This document shows positions 1 to 12,000 of a stretch of DNA of 64,000 bases, piece by piece (the stretch's first letter is position 1; each line of letters opens with the position of its first letter). The notes under the pieces are model-generated. The model saw nothing but the letters and a program-made list of their open reading frames with translations. It ran no database searches and was not told the origin of the DNA. Origin of the DNA: Tubiluchus corallicola (Eukaryota > Animalia > Priapulida); NCBI GenBank assembly GCA_030141605.1, contig JAQGDQ010000967.1, positions 1-64,000 of the forward strand, in the 5' to 3' direction. The translations under genes were made by a program, and so were the position numbers.

Positions 1-515
1 AGTGATTCTTAGTGGTGCTTAGTGGTGCTGAGTGATTCTTAGTGGTGCTGAGTGATTCCTAGTGGTGCTTAGTGATTCTTAGTGGTGCTGAGTGATTCTT
101 AGTGGTGCTTAGTGATTCCTTAGTGGTGCTGAGTGATTCTTAGTGGTGCTTAGTGATTCTTAGTGGTGCTGAGTGATTCCTAGTGGTGCTGAGTGATTCT
201 TAGTGGTGCTGAGTGATTCTTAGTGGTGCTTAGTGATTCTTAGTGGTGCTTAGTGATTCTTAGTGGTGCTTAGTGATTCTTAGTGGTGCTGAGTGATTCT
301 TAGTGGTGCTTAGTGATTCTTAGAGGTGCTTAGTGATTCCTAGTGGTGCTGAGTGATTCTTAGTGGTGCTTAGTGATTCCTAACGGTGCTGAGTGATTCT
401 TAGTGGTGCTTAGTGATTCTTAGTGGTGCTTAGTGATTCCTAGTGGTGCTGAGTGATTCTTAGTGGTGCTTAGTGGTCGTGGGTGATGCTTAGTGATGTT
501 TAGTGGTGCTGAGTG
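1..515. repeat. Minisatellite, 20-21 bp unit AGTGATTCTTAGTGGTGCT(T/G), truncated by the window start
   Basis: ~25 near-identical copies visible. Confidence 0.95.
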
Positions 516-1044
516 AGTGTGGCATTAATACACACGTCTTCACAAATATAGACACTTTGTTTTGCTAAAAATTAAGCGAGGTTGACATTATAAACGGGTT
601 TGATTTTACTTTACAAAACACACACAAGGAAATGTATTCCAGTTTTTCAACACACAGTACTTCGTTTTCGTTGAAAGTTACTTTTTGTACTTCTGCCACT
701 GTACTAAATTTACCAAAATGCAAAAAATCTATTTTTGTAGACTTTTATTATTGCTATTGAATTAGAAATGCACAGCTATGCGTTTAAACACAAAAGTGTA
801 TAAAAAGTCAATAAATATTGCAATAAATAAACTAAAAATGAATTTAAGCACATGTGCAATCACACACGATAGTAAATGTCATAAATAACCAATTATAATA
901 AAGCACATTAAATAAATAAATAAAATGTATGAACTACCAAATCTCACACCATTACCGTTGCCGTGGTAACAAGTATTAGGCCAGAGTTGTCACTGAGGCT
1001 AAACATAAAATAAATAAAGCTTCGTTTACACGGTTAATTACTAG

Positions 1045-1480
1045 GTGCAGTTACTCACTGCGTGTGTACAGACATAGTACACAGTTACTCAGTGCATGTG
1101 TACAGGCAAAGTACATAGTTACTCAGTGCATGTATACAGGCAAAGTACACAGTTACTCAGTGCATGTATACAGACAAAGTACACAGTTACTCAGTGCATG
1201 TATACAGACAAAGTACACAGTTACTCACTGCATGTATTCAGACAAAGTACACAATTACTCAATGCACATATACAGGCAAAGTACACAGTTGCACACTGCA
1301 TGTATACAGACAAAGTACACAGTTACTCACTGCATGTATTCAGACAAAGTACACAGTTACTCAATGCACATATACAGGCAAAGTACACAGTTACTCACTG
1401 CATGTATACAAACAAAGTACACAGTTACTCACTGCATGTATACAAACAAAGTACACAGTTACTCACTGCATGTATACAGA
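1045..1480. repeat. Minisatellite, 34-bp unit GTACACAGTTACTCACTGCATGTATACAGACAAA, ~13 copies (probably in the CLIP4 3' UTR)
   Basis: Period 34 (1082, 1116, 1150...). Confidence 0.95.
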
Positions 1481-2202
1481 ATACATTCAAATAAATAGAA
1501 CCAGCCAACAATTACTCATTTTTCAGCAAACTAAGTAACATTTGGGATGAAGTAGGCTCTCGTCTCAATAAACACCTACACTGAATTACACAATGTGACC
1601 GCCGAAACATGAACACAAGAAAAACTGTCTTCGCAGAACTCGGTTTGTCACACAGTTAGGACAGTTTCTTTCGTCCCTAACCGTCCAAAAGTAGTGTAAA
1701 AATGTTGCGCCCTTTTAACTAATAATTGTAGTTTCTGGCAAAGATATCGCTGTGCGCAATTATATGCTATACTAGTATATTGGTGTGTAATTAAGAGTCA
1801 GAAGTTTGAGATGACATAATGAGTTTTAAACTATTGAATTTGCTTAAGGAAATAGCAGGAGAAATGCATTCGACTTTGCTGGGAGAGCTTACATCACTCC
1901 GCAAACCGTAACACATAATCGTAAAAAAGTACCTCAAATAATAAACAGTCATATTTCAAATTTGTCTTAAATGTAATTCTTAACACAATGACTAGAAATC
2001 GCGTCAGAGCGTTTACGGCATAGAAAATCACCACAGCACTTGATGTGAGATACTTTTTACACACTAAAAACCTTAGACAAAGTTTTACAAAAACTTTTTG
2101 AAGCAAATCAACTCTAAGACGCAACAATTTATGGTACAATAAGAGCTCCCTGCTTCACAAAGATGTGAGAGTGATTCCCATGCTTGGTCTCTGCTTCCAT
2201 CG

Positions 2203-2399
2203 CTATGGCAACAGTTTCGCTCCGCTGATACCTCGGACCGTGACCCTGTTCGGTCGGACCAATATGCCGTGATCCGGAGGGCAGGCGAAGTAGCGCACCC
2301 CCTGAACCGAGCCGTCATTCTTCCCTTTCGGAGACTTCAGCTCGATGCCGAGCCAAATTCCATCCGCGAATTCCACGTCTCCGATAAACCTTACCAAAC
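2203..2399 (-). CDS. CLIP4: CLIP4-like last coding exon, CAP-Gly 3 and stop
   Basis: GLVRFIGDVEFADGIWLGIELKSPKGKNDGSVQGVRYFACPPDHGILVRPNRVTVRGISGAKLLP*. Confidence 0.93.
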
Positions 2400-5300
2400 C
2401 TACAATATGCATAACTGAATAAGTCATTGCCACTGTGTTCATCAATGTTCATTGGTGTGTTCATCAGTGTTCATTGCCACTGTGTTTATCAGTGTTCATT
2501 GGTGTGTTCATCAGTGTTCATTGCCACTGTGTTTATCAGTGTTCATTGGTGTGTTCATCAGTGTTCATTGCCACTGTGTTTATCAGTGTTCATTGGTGTG
2601 TTCATCAGTGTTCATTGCCACTGTGTTTATCAGTGTTCATTGGTGTGTTTAACAGCGTCCAATGTCACTGTGTTCATCAGTGTTCATTGGTGTGTTCATT
2701 GCCATTGTGTTCATCAGTGTTCATAATAACAACAAATGAACGCCTTGAACACTGTTCAATAACAACAATGAACACATTGGACACTGTTCAAATAACAACG
2801 GTAAACGCTGTGGACACTATTCAAGAACAACATTGAACACCACGCACACTGTTAAATTACAACGATGAACACTTTCTCGAATATTCATTGCAACAATGTC
2901 AAATCAAGTAGAAAAAAACGTGAAAAATACCAAATTCTCCGTTGATGAAAACTTGCATCCCCTCTGCCAAATTGAAGCCATACTTGTTGGTCGGTTCACT
3001 CTTGTTTCTTGGACTAGAAGGAGCTCTGCTGCTGCTGGTGAGTAATGTTGATCTATTCCTGTAATTAAGTGTTCATTTAATCTAGTAAATGAAACTAGCA
3101 TTATTTTTCATACGTTACCCAATGATAAAGAGCATATTTTAATACTCATAATAATGTCAAAGTTTTTCTGATAATTAAATAAAATATGTAGAAGTTGGAA
3201 TTGTAAATTTTAGTTAGGTGCTGCCATCTATGAGCTAATCCTGTTACATTCTACCAGCTAACTTAAACCCAGTATAATTGTATGGTCCAGTGAATGCATA
3301 TTCACTGGTTCTCTCCCTATTTTAAAGTAATGGTTGTTGTGAAGCCTGTACAAGTCTGCATAGGTCACCTATACCTATATATACTGACTGGTTTTGCTTT
3401 CTAGTCACTCTCAGTGTTCAGTGCAGGACACTCTCACTCTCAGTGTTCAGTGCAGGACACTCTCACTCTCAGTGTTCAGTGCAGGATTCTCTCACTCTCA
3501 GTGTTCAGTGCAGGACACTCTCACTCTCAGTGTTCAGTGCAGGACACTCTCACTCTCAGTGTTCAGTGCAGGACACTCTCACTCTCAGTGTTCAGTGCAG
3601 GATTCTCTCACTCTCAGTGTTCAGTGCAGGACACTCTCACTCTCAGTGTTCAGTGCAGGACACTCTAACTCTCAGTGTTCAGTGCAGCAGTCTCTCACTC
3701 TCAGTGTTCAGTGCAGGACACTCTCACTCTCAGTGTTCAGTGCAGGACACTCTCATTCTCAGTGTTCAGTGCAGGACACTCTAACTCTCAGTGTTCAGTG
3801 CAGGACACTCTAACTCTCAGTGTTCAGTGCAGGACACTCTAACTCTCAGTGTTCAGTGCAGGACACTCTCATTCTCAGTGTTCAGTGCAGGACACTCTCA
3901 TTCTCAGTGTTCAGTGCAGGACACTCTAACTCTCAGTGTTCAGTGCAGGACACTCTCATTCTCAGTGTTCAGTGCAGGACACTCTCACTCTCAGTGTTCA
4001 GTGCAGGACACTCTCACTCTCAGTGTTCAGTGCAGGACACTCTCACTCTCAGTGTTCAGTGCAGGACACTCTCATTCTCAGTGTTCAGTGCAGGACACTC
4101 TCACTCTCAGTGTTCAGTGCAGGACACTCTCATTCTCAGTGTTCAGTGCAGGACACTCTCATTCTCAGTGTTCAGTGCAGGACACTCTCATTCTCAGTGT
4201 TCAGTGCAGGACACTCTCATTCTCAGTGTTCAGTGCAGGACACTCTAACTCTCAGTGTTCAGTGCAGCAGTCTCTCACTCTCAGTGTTCAGTGCAGGACA
4301 CTCTCACTCTCAGTGTTCAGTGCAGGACACTCTCACTCTCAGTGTTCAGTGCAGGACACTCTCACTCTCAGTGTTCAGTGCAGGACACTCTCACTCTCAG
4401 TGTTCAGTGCAGGACACTCTCACTCTCAGTGTTCAGTGCAGGACACTCTCATTCTCAGTGTTCAGTGCAGGACTCTCTCATTCTCAGTGTTCAGTGCAGG
4501 ACACTCTCACTCTCAGTGTTCAGTGCAGGACACTCTCACTCTCAGTGTTCAGTGCAGGACTCTCTCATTCTCAGTGTTCAGTGCAGGACACTCTCACTCT
4601 CAGTGTTCATTGCAGGACACTCTCATTCTCAGTGTTCAGTGCAGGACTCTCTCATTCTCAGTGTTCAGTGCAGGACACTCTCACTCTCAGTGTTCAGTGA
4701 CTCACACTCTCAGTGTTCAGTGCAGGACACTCTCACTCTCAGTGTTCAGTGCAGGACACTCTCACTCTCAGTGTTCATTGCAGGACACTCTCATTCTCAG
4801 TGTTCATTGCAGGACTCTCTCATTCTCATTGTTCATTGCAGGACACTCTCACTCTCAGTGTTCAGTGCAGGACACTCTCACTCTCAGTGTTCATTGCAGG
4901 ACTCTCTCATTCTCAGTGTTCAGTGCAGGACTCTCTCATTCTCAGTGTTCATTGCAGGACACTCTTATTCTCAGTGTTCAGTGCAGGACTCTCTCATTCT
5001 CAGTGTTCAGTGCAGGACACTCTCACTCTCAGTGTTCATTGCAGGACTCTCTCATTCTCAGTGTTCAGTGCAGGACTCTCTCACTCTTAGTGTTCAGTGC
5101 AGGACACTCTCACTCTCAGTGTTCAGTGCAGGACACTCTCACTCTCAGTGTTCAGTGCAGGACACTCTCACTCTCAGTGTTCAGTGCAGGACACTCTCAC
5201 TCTCAGTGTTCAGTGCAGGACACTCTCACTCTCAGTGTTCAGTGCAGGACTCTCTCACTCTCAGTGTTCAGTGCAGGACACTCTAACTCTCAGTGTTCAG

Positions 5301-5982
5301 TGCAGCAGTCTCTCACTCTCAGTGTTCAGTGCAGGACTCTCTCACTCTCAGTGTTCAGTGCAGGACACTCTCACTCTCAGTGTTCAGTGCAGCAGTTGTG
5401 CTACTCATGTGTCTGTAGTTTAATAAACACTTTTCTGTTGCGTGCAGTGCAAATATGTATTATAGATTTTTTAATCTTGTTCATACTTCTCTGTGCCTAA
5501 ACTCAATCATAACAAAGTGAGTGATCTACAACTTCAAACATGACTTTCACAAAATAGATTAAAAGCTTAATTAACGGCAGACGAGCCCAACTATTCATGA
5601 CATCACAAACTAATATAAGTTTTAACAGCAAAAATATTCCATGAGCGTGTTGCATGTGTTTCCTACTTACTATTGTAAACTCTAATATGTATTTTAAATA
5701 AGATACATTTAAATTGTGGATCAGTGTCAAAACTTCTTGCTGACATTGTAAATGGCATTTACTCAGATTTTGCATACGGTAAATTTTAGTATTTCTAGTT
5801 TTAGTCACTGAATTTTAATTGTATGTTTTTACGGCTTGTATGCTGAAATAAATGGTAATCAATCAATCAATCAATTAATAAATCAATCAGTCAATTAATA
5901 AATCAATCAATCAACTGACAAATCAATGACAAATCAATCAATCAATCAACCGACAAATGAATCAATCAATCAATCAATCTAT

Positions 5983-6018
<36 letters not shown>

Positions 6019-9000
6019 CTAGCAAATCAATCAATCAATCAACCGACAAATCAATCAATCAATAAATCAAACAATCAACCGACAAATCAATCAATTTATC
6101 AATCAATCAACCGACAAATCAATCAATCAAACAATCAACCGACAAATCAATCAATCAATCAATCAATCAATCTTTTCATTAAAACAACAATTCCTATTCT
6201 TTGTTATGAAAATACAACTTTGAACTTCACATTTCTGAAAATTTAAGCAAAAATCAAAGGTGACTGACGACATTTTACCTGGTGTGAATTTTTTGACTCG
6301 GCGCGGACGACGGTCGCGAAGCAGACGTCTGAGGCGACACGAGCGGAGACGGAGTCTTCGGTTGCCATGGAGACTGTCTGGAAGAACTCAGCAGCCTGGG
6401 AGAACCTCGGGGCGACTCGCTCCGTCGGTTTAACGATGGTGAGTTGGGACTAGAGGAGGAATGTTGCTTTATGGGTGACAACGAATGAGACTTGACCAAC
6501 TTCGGAGAAGCGACTTGACCGGACGAAGTGGAAGACACGTTTGCTTTTCCGTCTTTACTAACCCTGCCAGCAGGCGGCGCCGGCTCCGCCGGAATGTCCA
6601 GTTTCAATTTTTCGACTTGTGTGTCCAGTGTAGTGGCCCGTTTGCTAGACAGTCTGTTAAACGGTAAAAAAATCATCAGTCGAAATGACAGTAAAACATT
6701 TTAAACAACAAGAAAAGGGGCACCTGAAGTAGGTTTAAAAAAATTACGCTAAAAAATTATATTACTTTACAGTAATATGTCGTATTCGAGTTGAAAGGGT
6801 GTTTTGTTTATTTTCATTTCAAATCTGCCGCAATACTGTTCCGAAGTCACCACTACGAAAACGTAAAACAGGGGAAGAAAAGGAAATGTTAAACTTTCCA
6901 TGCAAAGTTATATTACTTAGCATTTCATTTAACTGGTTGAAAGACTCGTGCAAATCGAAAAGAAAATTATTAATTATTCAAAATGTTTGTGCCAATTGGA
7001 AAAATTTCGTTGACTCATCCCTGGAGGGTGCGCCACTCACTAACCTTAAAAGGTATTTTTAGTCTTATTGATAACACTCAGTAATTTAAAATATTACTTA
7101 GTTACTACGAGTGCTCTGATTATTTTTTCAAACTTTACGCAATGTTATCTAAACTTGTTTCAAACGACCGTGCATTAAAATGTTTGCGCCTAACGGTCAT
7201 TGCGGAAATTTAAATTTACATGTTTTATACATAGTTACTGCCTATTCAAGTCCTGCATGCATAAAGGCAGTAAGTCGTATAAAATTTCAAGACGAATATT
7301 TTAAGCTTTATGTAAATGGAGGGTTTTGGGTTCTTTAAAACAGTTCCTGCTATGTTTCCACATGGTGCCGTACTTGTATCACCAAAAGACCTACCATTAA
7401 AATGGCTGTCCCTAACGGTCATCGCGGGAGTTTAAATTTACACGTTTCATACAGCGTTACACCTGATGCAAGTCTTGCATATAAAAAGGCTGTATGTAAG
7501 TGGTATAAAATTTTAAGACGAATTTTTAAGCTTTATGTAAGTGGAGGATTGACTTTTCCTTTAAGTGAATTCAGCTTCATTCTGCTGCTTCCCTAACGTC
7601 TTACTGTTCACGACAAATCACCTCTGATAGTCACTGCACCTTTCTCACCCAGAAATGTAAAAAACTTCACCCATAGATGGCAGCACTTACCGTTTTACTC
7701 TGGCAGGAGGAGAAAATATTCCGTGTTTGTCGTCGCAATGAAAGTACTCCACCCCCTTGACGGTGCCATTGTTTTTCCCTATTGGATCATCGAGCTCAAT
7801 GCCGTACCAGAAACCTAACCAACATTTCCAGACATAATAACTAAGTAATTTAGTAATTACTTAATTAGTTAATAAGTTGATTAGTAATTAATATTTAACA
7901 TTCTAAAGGTGAGTAAAAAATGTCATAATTTTTCGGATGGCAAAGTTGTCAAAGCAGTACAACGTAGTTACAGTTTGTATCATTTTTCGGATGGCAAAGC
8001 TGTCAAAGCCTTACAAAGTAGTTACAGTTTGTATCATTTTTCGGATGGCAAAGCTGTTAAAGCAGTACAAAGTAATAACAGTTTGTATCATTTTTCGGAT
8101 GGCAGCGTACCGTCACATTTTGAAACATCACACAGTAAAGTATTAACATCGAAAATTTACAGAAAAAGGCCTGAAATGTTTACTAAACTACCCACGACTG
8201 CTCAATAATGCGAGCACCTTTCACATAGTCTCTATTTCTGTCATTTGCTAAATTGAGTTTTTCTAGTGAAGACTAGCAATTTGTTATTTTTTTCAGGAAA
8301 TGAGATCAGATCCTGTTTCCGTATCAGTTTAGACTTAATTTCAAAACTGAGTGACCGGTTGACCACTCTGTTAAACACTATCCTACCCGGATAGACCTAT
8401 CACTGTTCTTGACCGCACGAGTACACGAACATCAATGACCAATTACCGGAAGCAAATCCTGTATATCCCGTGAATCTCACAGTTCCCTTGCATATCCCAG
8501 CTACGACGACTCTATCTCCCAGGCTGACGTCGTCCGCGTCTTCCACATCCGTGTAGCTCTGCTTCTCCGAAAACGCTCGAGGAGTGGACTCTCTTGACCT
8601 CCAGAATCTCGGCGTCAACTCGCCGTCGCTCATGGCAGCGTTGTCGTAGTCAGAGTAAGCGGTTTTACTAATAGCACTCGCCGCTTCGTAACGATCACCG
8701 GAATCAACGGGAGACGACAACGACGACGGCTTTTCTGAATCTTCCGAGGTTGCCGCTTGATCGGATGCAGCCGACGACGACTCAACCTGTGCGGATGTAA
8801 CCTTGGAGACGGGAGCAAAGATACCTAGGCAAAAACCAACCCGTTATCCTATAGAAAGATCGGATTAATAAAATAATCCAAAATAATCTCAATTAACTAA
8901 CATAAAGTCTGACACTCTCGTTCTTGTTAGTGTGACTGTCAGTTTACTAGATGGCGACACTGGTAGCGGTGTCGTCTTTGCCGACAGAAGTACATTATGT

Positions 9001-12000
9001 TTAACGTTGTCATGTGTTCATAAAATTTGGTAAACATTACACTCATATCTCGGTTTGCCGAACTTCGCTTTTGATATTGGAAAAATCGGACAAAATCTGG
9101 ACCGTTAAAAAGTCCCGCATACTACGCACAGACACAGTCCATTATTTCACGAGCTGACCGCTAGTTGGCGGGCCGTCTCTTTGTTTACATCATTACATCA
9201 GTGCAACCAGCAGCGTGTCACTTGTATGTGTTTAAGATACAAAAGTATCTTATTTAAGCATGTGCAGAAAAAATATAGAATCAATTGTGCAGAGTTATTT
9301 CAGTCAATTGCAGACAGTTTGTATATACTTTTGCATTAGAGCAGCCAGTACTTTGAGACAATTAGGTATCATGTATCCTTGATAGTTGGGTATTTTAAAT
9401 TATGCATGAAACAAGGTAATTGATATTTTAAGTCCACTTAGAGGCTCTCTGTGGTCATAAAATTTCAATTTGTTGCTGTCTCCGAGGGGGCTCCCAACAC
9501 CCCGGCCTGTTTCAGAGTTTTTTGCAATTTGATTGCAACTGTAAAGTGATTTTCTTAATTACACGAGGCGCTTATTGCAATTTTATTACTGAATCTTTCT
9601 AACATTTTTCGCGAACATTGAATTAAGTCTAACTTCGTAAAAGGCTTGATCTTTCCTTTAATACATTCCAAACTTAAACATCATTAATTCTTTTTACCAA
9701 ATATCAGCAAATTTCAGCAAAAATCTTGAACGAAAAACACAAACACGCAAAAACATTCCGTTACGCAAGCGAATCAAAATTACCGTGATTTTGTTTGCAC
9801 GCGAAGTACTCCACGCCGAGTACGGTTCCGTTGTTCTTGCCCGCAGCCTCTTCCAGTTCCACACCGGCCCAAACTCCGGAGGCAAATTTGGTCTCTCCGA
9901 TGAAACGTAGCACTCCCACCTAGAGAAGGCAAAATATCACATTTAAAACATTCATTACGCAGTAAGTCCTCGCTTAACGATGCTAATGCGTTCGAGCAAA
10001 ATGCGACGTTAAGCGAAACGTCGTTAAACGAAGCCAAGACTTCCCTAGGAAGTAATGTAAAAGAATTGAGATACGTTCCAGAGGCAAAAATCAATGCTGC
10101 TTAAATCATATAAATCAAACATTTTATGAGTTTTACTCGTATTTATACCGATTAATTTCTTTATTTTTGTTTGAAATCACCTATATATCTTACTTACCTA
10201 CATAGCAATTGCTCTTTCTTTACAATTTACCATTTAGATGCTTCTTAGGCAACCAAATTTATTGAAACGTTTTAAATAGTACAATTTTATGTAAGCGTAA
10301 CATGGTTAACTGTGTACACCAACTCAGAAAAGATACAAGGTTTCGTTAATACGGAAAGGTAAAAAACTTGGCTAAGTAACGGTTAAACAGTTTGCGATTT
10401 TTTAAATGGTTACACCAGTCAACGGTCGGTTAAATGGTCAAACGGTCAACCATCTCGGCCTTTCTTAATTTGTACAAAAAGTACATTTAGACAACACAAT
10501 ATCACACAGCTGTTCGCATCTTTCTGTCTCGGAAGACAATGGAGTGTGCGTCAAGAGAGTCAGTTATTGATCACATTGATGGAGCTGCAGCGTCGACTGT
10601 GGCTGAGCAGTGCGATCCTTGAACGTCTCCAGGGCGCACGCCTGGGCAAGGTGTATGGAGATCCTGAGTTGCCTAGACAACAGGAACCCCCTCTCTTCCT
10701 CCCTGGTGTAGTCCAAAGGAAAGTGGAGTTATACGTTTGGCACCAGGTTGGCTGCAGGAGCTGCCGGAGTCAGTGAGCATGCTGCACTGGTCTGTCTTTG
10801 GGGCTCCACTCCTGATTTGGAAGGTTTACTCCTCTACACATGGCTGTTGTGTCACTTGACCTCCTCCGACCTCTAGCCGTTGGCTGCTTCTGCAGCTCCT
10901 CCGCCTAGTGTCGAGATACAGTGTGGACATCCCGCAAACCTACAGCACCTGGTATTCCTAGGCAGTCACCCATCCATGTACTAACCAGGCTCTATGTTGC
11001 TTAACTTTGGGGATCAGACGAGAACCGGTGTTTTCAACGTGATATATCACACAGTACATTAGCAATATTTACAAATATAATAATAGTAAGTCTTCACCTA
11101 ATGACATTTGTGCTTTCAAGTTCTTTGTAAAATGAAAAATAGCTTTAAGCAAAATAAAAAAAATCGTCTCGTTAAAGTGAAGAATGTCTCGTTAAGTGGG
11201 AAAAAGGTGTCAAATTTCAACCTCGTTAAAACAAAACGCCGCTAAACGGGGAGTCGTTAAGCAAGGACTTACTGTAGCTACATACATACAATAAACGGTA
11301 CCTAAGATTATACAATGGAAACACTGTTAATAAATGCAATGAATACCTTTAAACCGCTAACCAACACTCTGTCTCCTACACGTAATTCTGCAGCCTGGTT
11401 AGAAGAAATCTCAGTAGAGGGCTGTGCTTTCTCTACGATACTACAGGGCTCTGTTTTCTCTATGGTACTAGAGGGCTCTGTTTCGTCCAGGACGGGAGAA
11501 GACGTCGCCGCAGGCATCACCTCTAACAGCATGGCACGAATGCGCAGGCATTGCTCGTCCATCTTGGAATCGGACGAAAACGTTTGCGGGTCCGGAATGC
11601 ATTCTGAAAGGTAAAACGGGAATCGGTTACTAAAAGTACCGGATGCCAAAAATCTAAAAATAGACCAAGCGAAGTAAATAGTTATCTAAATTAGTTAATT
11701 AATGAAAAGAATTTCTTAACGTCCATGCATTTCTGTGCCAGATGTATGGCATTGTCTAGTGAAACGTTCAGAAGTAGTTTACAAGTGGTCATCTATCCAA
11801 TTACTGGACGATGCCACGGTTAGATAGCTGTTCGCATACTGATAGAAACTCTCATTTCATTTGCCCCAACTGGCTTTTAAATTCTTATTAACATAAAAAC
11901 AAGTTTTCTTTAATTAAAAGAGCCAATTGTAGCTTAAAGAGTGACACTAATTTTAATAAATTTCTTGGCTTCATTTCTAATGAAATCGGGCCTCAAAGTT

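Larger units (their letters stand above)
9960..11274. mobile_element. Non-autonomous Tc1/mariner(pogo)-like element, TIR CAGTAAGTCCTCGCTTAACG, carrying a nested 5S-headed insertion
   Basis: Left TIR at 9960; right TIR CGTTAAGCAAGGACTTACTG followed by TA at 11274; colinear with the copy at 45514-48079. Confidence 0.8.

Noticed and set aside
957-970. Single X-box GTTGCCGTGGTAAC downstream of CLIP4
   Set aside because: An isolated motif with no supporting promoter context visible in this window.
3394-5500. Long ORFs of up to 569 aa in three frames
   Set aside because: Translation of a 29-bp minisatellite with few stops; the same peptide appears in all frames, antisense within a CLIP4 intron.
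10936-11045. Functional 5S rRNA gene
   Set aside because: 5' truncated, carries substitutions, lacks a T4+ terminator, is solitary and is enclosed in a TSD-flanked insertion.
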